From: an uncultured Porphyrobacter sp.
GTDB taxonomy: Bacteria > Pseudomonadota > Alphaproteobacteria > Sphingomonadales > Sphingomonadaceae
Assembly: GCA_964443505.1 (NCBI GenBank)
Contig: CAYUCZ010000004.1
Span: 15,802-79,801 of the forward strand
Direction: 5' to 3'
DNA length: 64,000 bases
How positions within the stretch are numbered: position 1 is the stretch's first letter; the number at the start of each line of letters is the position of its first letter. The translations under genes were made by a program, and so were the position numbers. Shown here piece after piece: positions 18,147 to 26,666 of the stretch. The notes under the pieces were generated by a model. It saw only the letters and a program-made list of their open reading frames with translations. It was not told where the DNA came from and did no database searches.

Positions 18147-18592
18147 CACCACCCCCATCCCAGCGCATTGGCAAAGGCGACTGTCACCATTCCGCTGACG
18201 ATGAAGGTGAGCGTTGCGACCAGCGAGCGAGGCGACATGCGCGACATGCCGCATACGCCGTGCCCGCTCGTGCAGCCACTGCCCAGCCGCGTGCCAAACC
18301 CGACGATCAGCCCTCCTGCAACCAGCAGGGCGGTCGAGGGTGGAAAGCTCGACTGGATTGGCGCAACCAGCGTGTGGATTGCAAACGCACCCACAATCAG
18401 GCCGCCAACAAACATCCAGGCAGACGAAAGGGGAAGGCTCGAATTGCTGAGAGAAAGCGCGCGCGCCGCGATGCCGCTTATCCCTGCAATCCTGCCAGCG
18501 CCCAGCAACAACAGCGCTGCGGCAAGGCCTATCAGGATTCCGCCAATAAGTCCTTCAAGCGGCATGGCATTAGGAAAACCGGGCAAGATCAT
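18146..18592 (-). CDS. YeeE/YedE-family sulfur-compound transporter component (first half)
   Basis: 148 aa membrane protein (GGILIGLAAALLLLGAGRIAGISG, GSGCTSGHGVCG Cys motif). 4-nt overlap with the upstream gene. Confidence 0.8.
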   Translation of the reverse strand: MILPGFPNAMPLEGLIGGILIGLAAALLLLGAGRIAGISGIAARALSLSNSSLPLSSAWMFVGGLIVGAFAIHTLVAPIQSSFPPSTALLVAGGLIVGFGTRLGSGCTSGHGVCGMSRMSPRSLVATLTFIVSGMVTVAFANALGWGW

Positions 18593-19455
18593 AGGGCATC
18601 TACCGGTACTTTGAGATATCGTACGCCATTGTCTTCGGCAGGCGGAAACTCCCCAGCGCGCATGTTGACCTGCACAGAAGGGATCATCAGACGCGGCGTT
18701 GCCAAAGCGGCGTCACGCTGCGTTCGCATGGCGACGAAGCCTTCTTCCTCAATGCCGTCATGGACATGGATGTTTTCGCGGCGCTGCTGACCCACACTGG
18801 TTTCCCAGCAGAACTCCCTACGCTCAGGCGGAAGATAGTCGTGGTTCAGGAAGATGCGCGTGTCATCGGGAAGTTCAAATATGCGCTTGATCGAACGGAA
18901 AAGCGCGCGCGCATCACCGCCGGGAAAGTCGCAGCGCGCAGTGCCATAATCAGGCATGAAAAGTGTGTCGCCCACAAATGCCGCATCACCGATAAGATGA
19001 GTGACACAGGCCGGAGTATGGCCCGGCGTATGGATCGCCCGCGCTTCGAGATTGCCAATCGTGTAGATTTCCCCATCGCGGAAAAGGTGATCGAACTGCG
19101 ACCCATCAAACCGAAAATCGGCCTCGACGTTGAATAACTTGCCGAACACTGTCTGGATCGCAGAGATGTGCTCTCCAATGCCCAGCTTTCCGCCCAACTC
19201 CTGCCTCAAATATTGAGCCGCTGACACATGGTCTGCATGGATGTGAGTGTCGATAATCCATTCGACCGTAAGCCCGTTTGATCTGACGTGATTGATGATC
19301 GCGACTGCCGAGTTGGTCGATGTCCGTCCGGATGCAGGGTCATAGTCGAGAAGGGGGTCAATGATCGCGCATTTGCCGGTGTCGGGATCAGCCGCGACAT
19401 GGCTGACATTGTTCGTCGCGCTGTCAAAGAACGACGTGACAATCGGAACGGTCAC
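18589..19455 (-). CDS. MBL-fold hydrolase, persulfide dioxygenase (ETHE1/Blh-like)
   Basis: Metallo-beta-lactamase motif HIHADHVSAA, plus TPGHTPACVTH and DTLFMPDYGTARCDFPGG. 288 aa. Overlaps the arsR-type gene stop. Confidence 0.85.
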   Translation of the reverse strand: MTVPIVTSFFDSATNNVSHVAADPDTGKCAIIDPLLDYDPASGRTSTNSAVAIINHVRSNGLTVEWIIDTHIHADHVSAAQYLRQELGGKLGIGEHISAIQTVFGKLFNVEADFRFDGSQFDHLFRDGEIYTIGNLEARAIHTPGHTPACVTHLIGDAAFVGDTLFMPDYGTARCDFPGGDARALFRSIKRIFELPDDTRIFLNHDYLPPERREFCWETSVGQQRRENIHVHDGIEEEGFVAMRTQRDAALATPRLMIPSVQVNMRAGEFPPAEDNGVRYLKVPVDAL

Positions 19456-19799
19456 GCGAATTCTCCTTGTTCAATGGTGTCCGTGTCTGCGCCGCTTTGC
19501 GCATCGTCGCCGCAAAACCTTTCATAGAGGAAACCCATGATCGCAACGGCATCTTCGTCAACGATACGGTAGAAGATTGACTGCCCCTCCCGGCGCGCTT
19601 CGATGATCCTTTCCCGGCGCAGAACGGCAAGCTGCTGAGACATGGCGGGTGCCTTTCGCCCCAGCGCGTCTGCCAGATCGCCAGCGCTCATCTCACCTTG
19701 CGCCAGATGGCACAGCACCATCAACCGATCGCGATGCGAAAGCAGTTTGAGCAAGGCGCTGACTTGCGTCGCGGTTTGTTCCATGGCCTCTAATTGCAT
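19452..19799 (-). CDS. ArsR/SmtB-family regulator, BigR-like
   Basis: HTH LLSHRDRLMVLCHLAQGEMSAGDLADALGRKAPAMSQQLAVLRRERII. The start codon lies inside the 46-bp palindrome. Alternative ATG at 19784. Confidence 0.85.
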   Translation of the reverse strand: MQLEAMEQTATQVSALLKLLSHRDRLMVLCHLAQGEMSAGDLADALGRKAPAMSQQLAVLRRERIIEARREGQSIFYRIVDEDAVAIMGFLYERFCGDDAQSGADTDTIEQGEFA

Positions 19800-19828
19800 A
19801 ATTCATGAAATATGCAATTAGAGGCCAT
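19783..19828. promoter_or_regulatory. 46-bp near-perfect palindrome, candidate ArsR/BigR operator
   Basis: ATGGCCTCTAATTGCATA-a-TTCATGAA-a-TATGCAATTAGAGGCCAT. The 18-bp arms are perfect and the core TTCATGAA is self-complementary. It covers the regulator start codon and the divergent promoter region. Confidence 0.7.
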
Positions 19829-19952
19829 CTGTCAATTGCAGTGACTCTCGACGGAAGAAGAAGTTGCCGGACCGGGCGACCGATCAACATCGGTTTGGAA
19901 TGGGGCAATCAATTCGCTACACAGCGTTGGGAGAGCATTGGGAGAGGGACAA

Positions 19953-21455
19953 ATGCGGTTGCATTTCATGGCATTTGCTGCGGCTGTGCTGCTTGCCGGT
20001 TGCGCTGAGACTGCCGAGCAAACAGATGACACTGGCTATGACTTTGGCGGTGTGTTCGATGAAACCTATGCCGGAGAAATCGACCGGACTGTCGTACCCC
20101 GACGCCCCGATGGCCCGCCCAATGTCGTCCTGATTATCGCCGATGACCTTGGCTGGCCCTATCTCGGTTTCCTTGGCGATGAAAACGTCATTACGCCCAA
20201 TATGGATGTGCTCGGCAATGGTGGTGCCGTCTTTGAGATCGGCCATTCGACTGCCAATCACTGCCGCCCTACTCTGCAATCGCTGATCACCGGGCTGTAT
20301 CCGGTCCAATACGAAAAGCAGGCGACCGCAATCGCTGACCGCCGGATCGGGGAGGGAGACGTGCCTGATGCCGTCGACACCGATCAGGAACGCCGTGTCC
20401 TCCACCGCCAGTATGAGACCGAAGCGATTGAGGACTTCGCCACTCTCCCGCGATTGCTCAGCGGGGAAGGCTATGTTTCGCACCAGTCGGGCAAATGGTG
20501 GGAGCAAAGCTACGCCCATGGCGGGTTTACTCATGGCATGACCGACAGTTGGAGTTGGGAGGATGCCGCTGATCTGGGCGACAAGTGGTTCTTCACGTTC
20601 ATGGGCGGCCAGGGCATGGATATCGGCCGCGAGACCATGGAGCCGGTGACCGATTTCATCGCTGACAATGCCGATCAACCGTTCTTCGTCTGGTATGGTC
20701 CAGCCTTGCCGCACGTCCCGCTGAACCCGCCTGATCAGTTCTACAAATACTTTGAAAATCGCGAGGGCATGTCGGAATCGGCCAAGCTCTATTACGCCAA
20801 TATCGCCTGGTTCGATTGGGGTGTGGGTGAGCTGATTGACGAGCTGCGGGAACAACGCGTGCTCGACAACACGCTCATCATCTACATCAACGACAATGGC
20901 TGGGAGCAAGCTGCCGATGTTGAATATGCCGATGATCACGTAACCTTTGCCAATGGCGGACCGCGCGGCAAGGGATCGTTTTTCGAAACCGGTTTTCGCA
21001 CTCCGATCATCTTCTATTGGCAGGGCAAGATCACCGCGATCCGGGATCAGCAGACGCTCGCCAGTGCAATCGACGTGATGCCTACGATCCTCGACTATGT
21101 CGGAGTTGAGCCGCCTGCTGGCCTGCCGGGACACTCGCTGCGCGCTGCGATCGAGGGAGAAACCCTGACCAAATCCCGCGATCATTTTATCGGCAGGCTG
21201 ACACAGCACCGCGCTGGGACCAACTTTCGCGGAGAGCCTGACACATCGACAGAAGATCATATGGGCGCAGCACTGTCCGGTTATTACCGCCGCGATACGC
21301 GCTGGCATTTCGTCTGGCTGCCGGAAACGGGCGAGACAGCGTTGTATGACCTCGTGAATGATCCTGGGCAGCTCTCAGATGCGAGCGCAGCCAACGCTGC
21401 TCTGATCGAAGGCTTCAAGGCAGACATCAATGCCTGGAGGCAGGAGTTTGAATAA
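19953..21455 (+). CDS. sulfatase-family lipoprotein (non-canonical active-site motif)
   Basis: ATG 19953 follows GGGAGAGGG. Lipobox LLAGC. Sulfatase blocks IADDLGWPYLGFLGD and HCRPTLQSLITG. 500 aa. Confidence 0.85.
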   Translation: MRLHFMAFAAAVLLAGCAETAEQTDDTGYDFGGVFDETYAGEIDRTVVPRRPDGPPNVVLIIADDLGWPYLGFLGDENVITPNMDVLGNGGAVFEIGHSTANHCRPTLQSLITGLYPVQYEKQATAIADRRIGEGDVPDAVDTDQERRVLHRQYETEAIEDFATLPRLLSGEGYVSHQSGKWWEQSYAHGGFTHGMTDSWSWEDAADLGDKWFFTFMGGQGMDIGRETMEPVTDFIADNADQPFFVWYGPALPHVPLNPPDQFYKYFENREGMSESAKLYYANIAWFDWGVGELIDELREQRVLDNTLIIYINDNGWEQAADVEYADDHVTFANGGPRGKGSFFETGFRTPIIFYWQGKITAIRDQQTLASAIDVMPTILDYVGVEPPAGLPGHSLRAAIEGETLTKSRDHFIGRLTQHRAGTNFRGEPDTSTEDHMGAALSGYYRRDTRWHFVWLPETGETALYDLVNDPGQLSDASAANAALIEGFKADINAWRQEFE

Positions 21456-22605
21456 GCCTGATGGCTCAATCTCGCGCGATGGTTTTGCCAGCGCGCGGGA
21501 GAGATCGCCGGCGCTTGTTGAGCATAGCGATGGTGAACACATCCCGTTGATCCTGCGTCACCGTGACGTGCGTGCAGCGGCAAAGGATTGGGAAACCTTC
21601 AGCTCGGACGCCCCCTTTCGCGTGCCTATTCCATCAGAAGAAAAGGTGCGCCGGGTCCGGCAAATCCCCATCGAACTCGATCCCCCGCAGCATGCCGCAT
21701 ATCGCAAGCTGATCGAACCCTGGTTCCTGCGCCCCACGCGCCCTGATTATGTGGCGAAACTCGATGGTCTGGTCGCCCGGATGATCGCCGAATTGTGCGA
21801 GCAAAGCGAAGTGGATGTTGCCAACCACTTTGCATTGCCAATGCAATCGCGCGCTTTGGCGATCCTTCTGGCAATGCCCGAATGCGAAGCAGAGCGTTGG
21901 ATCGAATGGGGCAACTCGCTTTACCGTGAGGGCGATGGAGAGGCCAAAGGCAAACAGCTTGATGACTATTATCGAGCGCAGATTGAGCGCGCTCGATCCG
22001 AACCCGAAGCCGAAGACTTCTTCGCCTTTCTCACCCGGCTGGAAATCGACGGCAAACCGCTGAGCGATGACGAACTGGCAGGGATCGCCAACCTCACATT
22101 TGCAGGCGGCCGGGACACAGTGATCAATGCGATCTCGGAGTTGGTCGCTATTGTCGCCCAGCGGCCCGATTTGACAGAGCAGGTGGCCGCTCAGCCATCT
22201 GCCATCCACAGCGCGGTTGAAGAGCTGGTGCGCTGGGTTTCGCCGCTCAGCTTTATTGGACGCGTGTGCCCCGATGGCGCGCGGATCAAAAACCACGAAG
22301 TGCCTCGCGATGGGCGCGTGGGTCTTTGCTGGCTGTCAGCGAACTATGATGAAGGCGTCTTCGCCAATCCCGAAGAGTTTCGCCCAGATCGAAAGCCCAA
22401 TCCGCATATGGGGTTTGGCAGCGGCAGGCATGCCTGCCTTGGTGCAGCGCATGCACGGGCGCTGCTGCGCGTTCTGTTTGCCCGCCTCGCGCCGATAGGT
22501 AGCCAGATGCAGTTGCTAGAAATGGAACCCGCGATGGAACAGATCGGCACGGTACGTAGGCGGCTTGGCTACAAAAATCTCACAGTGCGCGTTTCAAGCG
22601 ATTGA
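21430..22605 (+). CDS. cytochrome P450
   Basis: Heme-thiolate loop FGSGRHACLGAAHA and I-helix-like AGGRDT. Overlaps the sulfatase 3' end. Alternative TTG start at 21448 after GGAGG. Confidence 0.9.
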   Translation: MPGGRSLNKPDGSISRDGFASARERSPALVEHSDGEHIPLILRHRDVRAAAKDWETFSSDAPFRVPIPSEEKVRRVRQIPIELDPPQHAAYRKLIEPWFLRPTRPDYVAKLDGLVARMIAELCEQSEVDVANHFALPMQSRALAILLAMPECEAERWIEWGNSLYREGDGEAKGKQLDDYYRAQIERARSEPEAEDFFAFLTRLEIDGKPLSDDELAGIANLTFAGGRDTVINAISELVAIVAQRPDLTEQVAAQPSAIHSAVEELVRWVSPLSFIGRVCPDGARIKNHEVPRDGRVGLCWLSANYDEGVFANPEEFRPDRKPNPHMGFGSGRHACLGAAHARALLRVLFARLAPIGSQMQLLEMEPAMEQIGTVRRRLGYKNLTVRVSSD

Positions 22606-22650
22606 ATGCATGCGCAGCAGACCCCGGCGCGCCAAAGATTTCGACCCGGT

Positions 22651-23292
22651 TCAAAGGCGCTTGGCTATGCCTTGTTCAAGCAAAGCGCGCGCGACATGGG
22701 CCACGCGTGAACTGCTGTTTTCATCGGACCACACGGCAAAGCGCAGACCCAGAAAGACGTTCATGCCCATGATCGCCCATGCGTGAGCTTCTTCGATATC
22801 GCCCCTCAATTCGCCGCGTGCCGCTCCTTCGCGCAGGCGCGCAAGGATGCGTTCCGCGGTCCCTTCATAGTGAGCGCGATAGGCCTGCGGATCGACGAAT
22901 TCGGATTCGTCGATGATGCGGTAGATTTCCTTATGCTCGCTGGCGAAGTTCAGAAAACTCGTCAGCGCTGCCTCCTCCACATCGAGAGCGTCAAACTCGC
23001 CTTCCTCTTTCAGGCTCTCAACCGATTCCTTCGCATACACCTTCACCTGTCCGCTCATATGCTGGACAAGCGCCTGGAACAGCGCCTCCTTGCTGTCGAA
23101 ATAGGTGTAGAACGTGCCCAGCGCGACACCCGCGCGCCGCGTGATCGAACTGACCGACGCTTCGTGAAATCCCTTTTCACCAAACTCCTCAGCAGACGCG
23201 TCGAGCAGTTTGCGCAAGGTCCGGCGCCCTCGCTCTGAGCGAGGAGTTTTGTCCGCTGCCGGGCTGCTCAATTCTGTTTTGGAATCGGCCAT
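22651..23292 (-). CDS. TetR-family transcriptional regulator
   Basis: N-terminal TetR HTH (RRTLRKLLDASAEEFGEKGFHEASVSSITRRAGVALGTFYTYF). 213 aa. Confidence 0.9.
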   Translation of the reverse strand: MADSKTELSSPAADKTPRSERGRRTLRKLLDASAEEFGEKGFHEASVSSITRRAGVALGTFYTYFDSKEALFQALVQHMSGQVKVYAKESVESLKEEGEFDALDVEEAALTSFLNFASEHKEIYRIIDESEFVDPQAYRAHYEGTAERILARLREGAARGELRGDIEEAHAWAIMGMNVFLGLRFAVWSDENSSSRVAHVARALLEQGIAKRL

Positions 23293-23352
23293 TTGTCCCC
23301 CTGTGAGTTCTCAGGCCTAGGGCTAGATTGCTATTGTGGCAAGACTGCAACT

Positions 23353-23373
23353 TGAAAGTTGGTTCAACTTTCA
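23353..23373. promoter_or_regulatory. 21-bp palindrome TGAAAGTTG-gtt-CAACTTTCA, candidate TetR operator
   Basis: Perfect 9-bp arms between tetR (22651..23292, -) and the TonB receptor (23415, +). An extra CAACTT copy lies just upstream. Confidence 0.6.
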
Positions 23374-23414
23374 GTATCTGCGGCAGTGAGAGGATTCTTG
23401 GGAGGAACAAAATC

Positions 23415-25769
23415 ATGACTGTTCGCTTGCTTTGCACACGTGCCACGCTTCTTGCCGGTTGCGCTGGTTTTGCACTTTTCGCGCCATCGGCTTTTGCTCA
23501 GAACACGGCGGGCGGGGTCGCCGACAATGCCGAAGAAGCGAGCGAAAGCGGCAATCAGATCGTGGTCACCGCGCGCCGCCGCGAGGAGCGTCTGATCGAT
23601 GTTCCACTGTCTGTCACGGCGTTGAGCGGCGAACAGCTTGAACAGCGCGGCATTCAGGAACTCACCCAGGTTGCTCAGGAGGTTCCGAACATCACGCTTG
23701 AAGTGAGCCGCGGCACCAACACCACCCTCACCGCGTTCATCCGCGGCGTCGGGCAGCAAGACCCGGTCGCCGGTTTTGAAGCGGGCGTTGGCCTGTATGT
23801 CGACGATGTCTACCTCAACCGCCCGCAGGCGGCCGTGCTCGACGTCTACGATGTTGAACGGATCGAGGTTCTGCGCGGTCCGCAAGGAACGCTCTATGGC
23901 CGCAACACGATCGGCGGCGCGATCAAATATGTGACCGCGCGCCTTCCCGATGATCCCAGCCTCAAAGTGCGCGGCACCTATGGCTCATACGATCAGGCGG
24001 ACCTTATCATTTCAGGCTCGTTGCCGCTCTCCGACACTTTGAAGTTCGGGGCCAGCGGCGCCCGTCTCTCACGCGGTGGTTTCGGCGACAACCTCAATCT
24101 GGGCACTGAGAATTACAATAAGGACGTGTGGGCCGCTCGCGGCACGCTCGAATTTGACAATGGCCCGGTCTTCATCCGGCTGTCTGGCGACTATGTCCTC
24201 GATGAAAGCGAAGCGCGGCAGGGCAGCCGCCTGATCCCCGGATTGTTCTCAGGCGCCCCGGTGCTTGACGATGTGTTCGACACCCGCGCCGGGCTCACCA
24301 TCGTCGATCAGGAGGTCGAGGCCTATGGCGGCGCGCTCAACATCTCGATCGAGGTGTCTGATACCGTCAGCCTCAAATCGATCACAGGCTATCGCGAGGA
24401 CAGCTCAACCACACCGATTGACTTTGACAGCCTGCCCGCTGCCGACCTCGACGTGCCTGCGATTTATGAGAATGACCAATTCAGCCAGGAATTGCAGCTC
24501 ATTTACGAAGGCGATCGCCTCTCGGGTATTCTGGGCGCATACTACCTCAACGCCAATGCGTTCACCGCATTCGATGTGGCATTGTTCACGACCGGAGACC
24601 TTATCGGCCTGCCGGGCCTCAATGCTCAAACGCTGGGCGATGTCGATACCGAAACATGGTCGGTCTTTGGCGATTTCACCTATGATCTGACTGATGAAAT
24701 CAGCGTGTCGGTGGGCGGTCGCTATACCAATGACAAACGGTCGAGCCGGGTGCTGCGCACCACATTCATCGGCGGGTTCTCGGACCTCTTCATCCCCAAC
24801 AGCCCAGCCATCGCAATCGCAGTGACCAGCGATTTTGAAGGCAGCGAGACGTTTGAGGATTTCAACCCGCGCGCTTCGATCAGCTGGCAGCCCAACCCTG
24901 ATCACAACATCTATTTCACCTACTCGCAGGGCTTCAAAGGCGGCGGGTTCGATCCGCGCGGACAAACCACCGCTGCGCCTGATCTCGATGGCGATGGCGA
25001 TATCGATTTCGATGATCAGTTCGAGTTCCTGCGCTTTGCGCCCGAAACGGTCGATAGTTACGAGTTGGGCTGGAAAGGATCGCTGCTCGACAACCGCCTG
25101 AATGTCAGCATCGCGGCCTTCCTTGGCCAATATAACGACGTGCAGATCCCCGGCTCTGTCGGCCTCGACACAAATGGCGACGGCATCAATGACAGCTTCA
25201 TCGGCATCACATCCAACGCGGCGAGCGCGGATGTGAACGGCATTGAATTTGAAGGCAACGCGCTGGTTGGCGAAGACTTCCTGGGCGTTGGCAGCCGGCT
25301 TAATGTCAACTGGTCGCTCGGCTATCTCGATGCAGGGTTTGACACATTCATCGATGCCTTCGGAAACGACGTTGCCGATCAGCGCGTGTTCCAGAACACG
25401 CCCGATATCACCGCGCATATGGGGTTTGTGCTTGGCGTACCGACAGGCAATGGCATGGTGGATTTCCTAGGCAGCGCATCTCTGCGCAGCGATGCCAGCC
25501 AGTTCGAAACACCCAATCCGTTCCTCGATCAGGATGGCTTCGTGTTGGTTGATGCAAGCATCGTCTACACCGACGACGAAGGCCGCTTCTCGATTGGCGT
25601 TCACGGCAAGAACCTGCTCGACAAGGAGTATATCGTTGCCGGATACAACTTCGTGGCCGGCGGCACGGGCGGCGCACCGTTTGCACCGACCCTCGGCCTC
25701 GAAGGCACGCTGACAGGCTTCTACGGGGACCCGAGGCGCTTTTATGTCACCGGTGAGGTCCGTTTCTGA
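23415..25769 (+). CDS. TonB-dependent receptor
   Basis: ATG 23415 follows GGAGG. Signal peptide, plug domain (IVVTARRREERLIDVPLSV, IEVLRGPQGTLYGRNTIGGAI), C-terminal ...YVTGEVRF. Confidence 0.9.
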   Translation: MTVRLLCTRATLLAGCAGFALFAPSAFAQNTAGGVADNAEEASESGNQIVVTARRREERLIDVPLSVTALSGEQLEQRGIQELTQVAQEVPNITLEVSRGTNTTLTAFIRGVGQQDPVAGFEAGVGLYVDDVYLNRPQAAVLDVYDVERIEVLRGPQGTLYGRNTIGGAIKYVTARLPDDPSLKVRGTYGSYDQADLIISGSLPLSDTLKFGASGARLSRGGFGDNLNLGTENYNKDVWAARGTLEFDNGPVFIRLSGDYVLDESEARQGSRLIPGLFSGAPVLDDVFDTRAGLTIVDQEVEAYGGALNISIEVSDTVSLKSITGYREDSSTTPIDFDSLPAADLDVPAIYENDQFSQELQLIYEGDRLSGILGAYYLNANAFTAFDVALFTTGDLIGLPGLNAQTLGDVDTETWSVFGDFTYDLTDEISVSVGGRYTNDKRSSRVLRTTFIGGFSDLFIPNSPAIAIAVTSDFEGSETFEDFNPRASISWQPNPDHNIYFTYSQGFKGGGFDPRGQTTAAPDLDGDGDIDFDDQFEFLRFAPETVDSYELGWKGSLLDNRLNVSIAAFLGQYNDVQIPGSVGLDTNGDGINDSFIGITSNAASADVNGIEFEGNALVGEDFLGVGSRLNVNWSLGYLDAGFDTFIDAFGNDVADQRVFQNTPDITAHMGFVLGVPTGNGMVDFLGSASLRSDASQFETPNPFLDQDGFVLVDASIVYTDDEGRFSIGVHGKNLLDKEYIVAGYNFVAGGTGGAPFAPTLGLEGTLTGFYGDPRRFYVTGEVRF

Positions 25770-25784
25770 TCGGGCGGCCTCACA

Positions 25785-26666
25785 ATGACAAAGCGTCACT
25801 ATGACGAGGTGCGTTATCCCAGTGCGGACAATCGGCTTGAATTGTTCGCACGGGATTACCCGGTTTCTCCCAGCATAAAGGCAGGCTGCCCGCTGCTGAT
25901 GATGCATGGCCTGACGCGCAACAGCGCCGATTTCGAGCCGCTCATTCACGCGCTTGCCCCCGAACGCCGGATGATCGTTGCAGACCAACGCGGGCGCGGG
26001 AAATCGCAATACGATCCATCGCTCGAAAGCTATCGACCTGATGTCTATGTCGAAGACATGTGGAAGCTGATGGACCGGCTCGAATTGGAAAAGTTCATCT
26101 GCGTGGGCACGTCGATGGGCGGATTGATGTCGATGCTCATGGGCTCACAAAAACCCGAACGGATTGCCGGCATTGTGCTCAACGACATTGGTCCACTGGT
26201 CAATGAAGAGGGCCTTGATCGGATACGCTCCTATGTCGGCGGGGGTGATCCGATGAAAGATTGGGAGGCTGCCGCACATCGTTGCGGTGAGATCAATCAG
26301 GATGCCTTTGATGGCTTTTGGGCCGAAGACTGGCGCGCGTTTGCGGATCGAACCTGCGAGGAAACAGCCGATGGTCATGTGCGCTTTGCCTATGATCCGG
26401 CCATTGCGCTCGGCATGGCGGCAGAAGACACCACCGCTGTGCCGCCCGACCTCTGGCCGGTTTGGGACAGCCTGAGCGCGCTGCCACTGCTTGTTATCCG
26501 CGGCGCGAAGAGCGACCTTTTGTCTGCAGAAACTGTCGCGGAAATGCACCGCCGCCACCCGGATGACTTTACAAGCGTCGAAATCCCAGGCCGTGGCCAC
26601 GCGCCCTTGCTGGATGAGCCCGAAGCGGTATCGGCAATCAGGGCCTTCCTCGACGAGTATGGGTAA
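25785..26666 (+). CDS. alpha/beta hydrolase
   Basis: PLLMMHGLTRNS and nucleophile elbow GTSMGG, late GHAPLLDEP. 293 aa. Confidence 0.85.
   Translation: MTKRHYDEVRYPSADNRLELFARDYPVSPSIKAGCPLLMMHGLTRNSADFEPLIHALAPERRMIVADQRGRGKSQYDPSLESYRPDVYVEDMWKLMDRLELEKFICVGTSMGGLMSMLMGSQKPERIAGIVLNDIGPLVNEEGLDRIRSYVGGGDPMKDWEAAAHRCGEINQDAFDGFWAEDWRAFADRTCEETADGHVRFAYDPAIALGMAAEDTTAVPPDLWPVWDSLSALPLLVIRGAKSDLLSAETVAEMHRRHPDDFTSVEIPGRGHAPLLDEPEAVSAIRAFLDEYG

Noticed and set aside
19917-21308. 463-aa ORF on the minus strand
   Set aside because: It is entirely antisense to the sulfatase gene, which has clear family motifs and a lipoprotein signal. The antisense product is Arg/Ala/Gly-rich with no recognisable motif, which is typical of a high-GC shadow ORF.
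24405-25418. 337-aa ORF on the minus strand
   Set aside because: Antisense to the TonB-dependent receptor. No signal or motif support.
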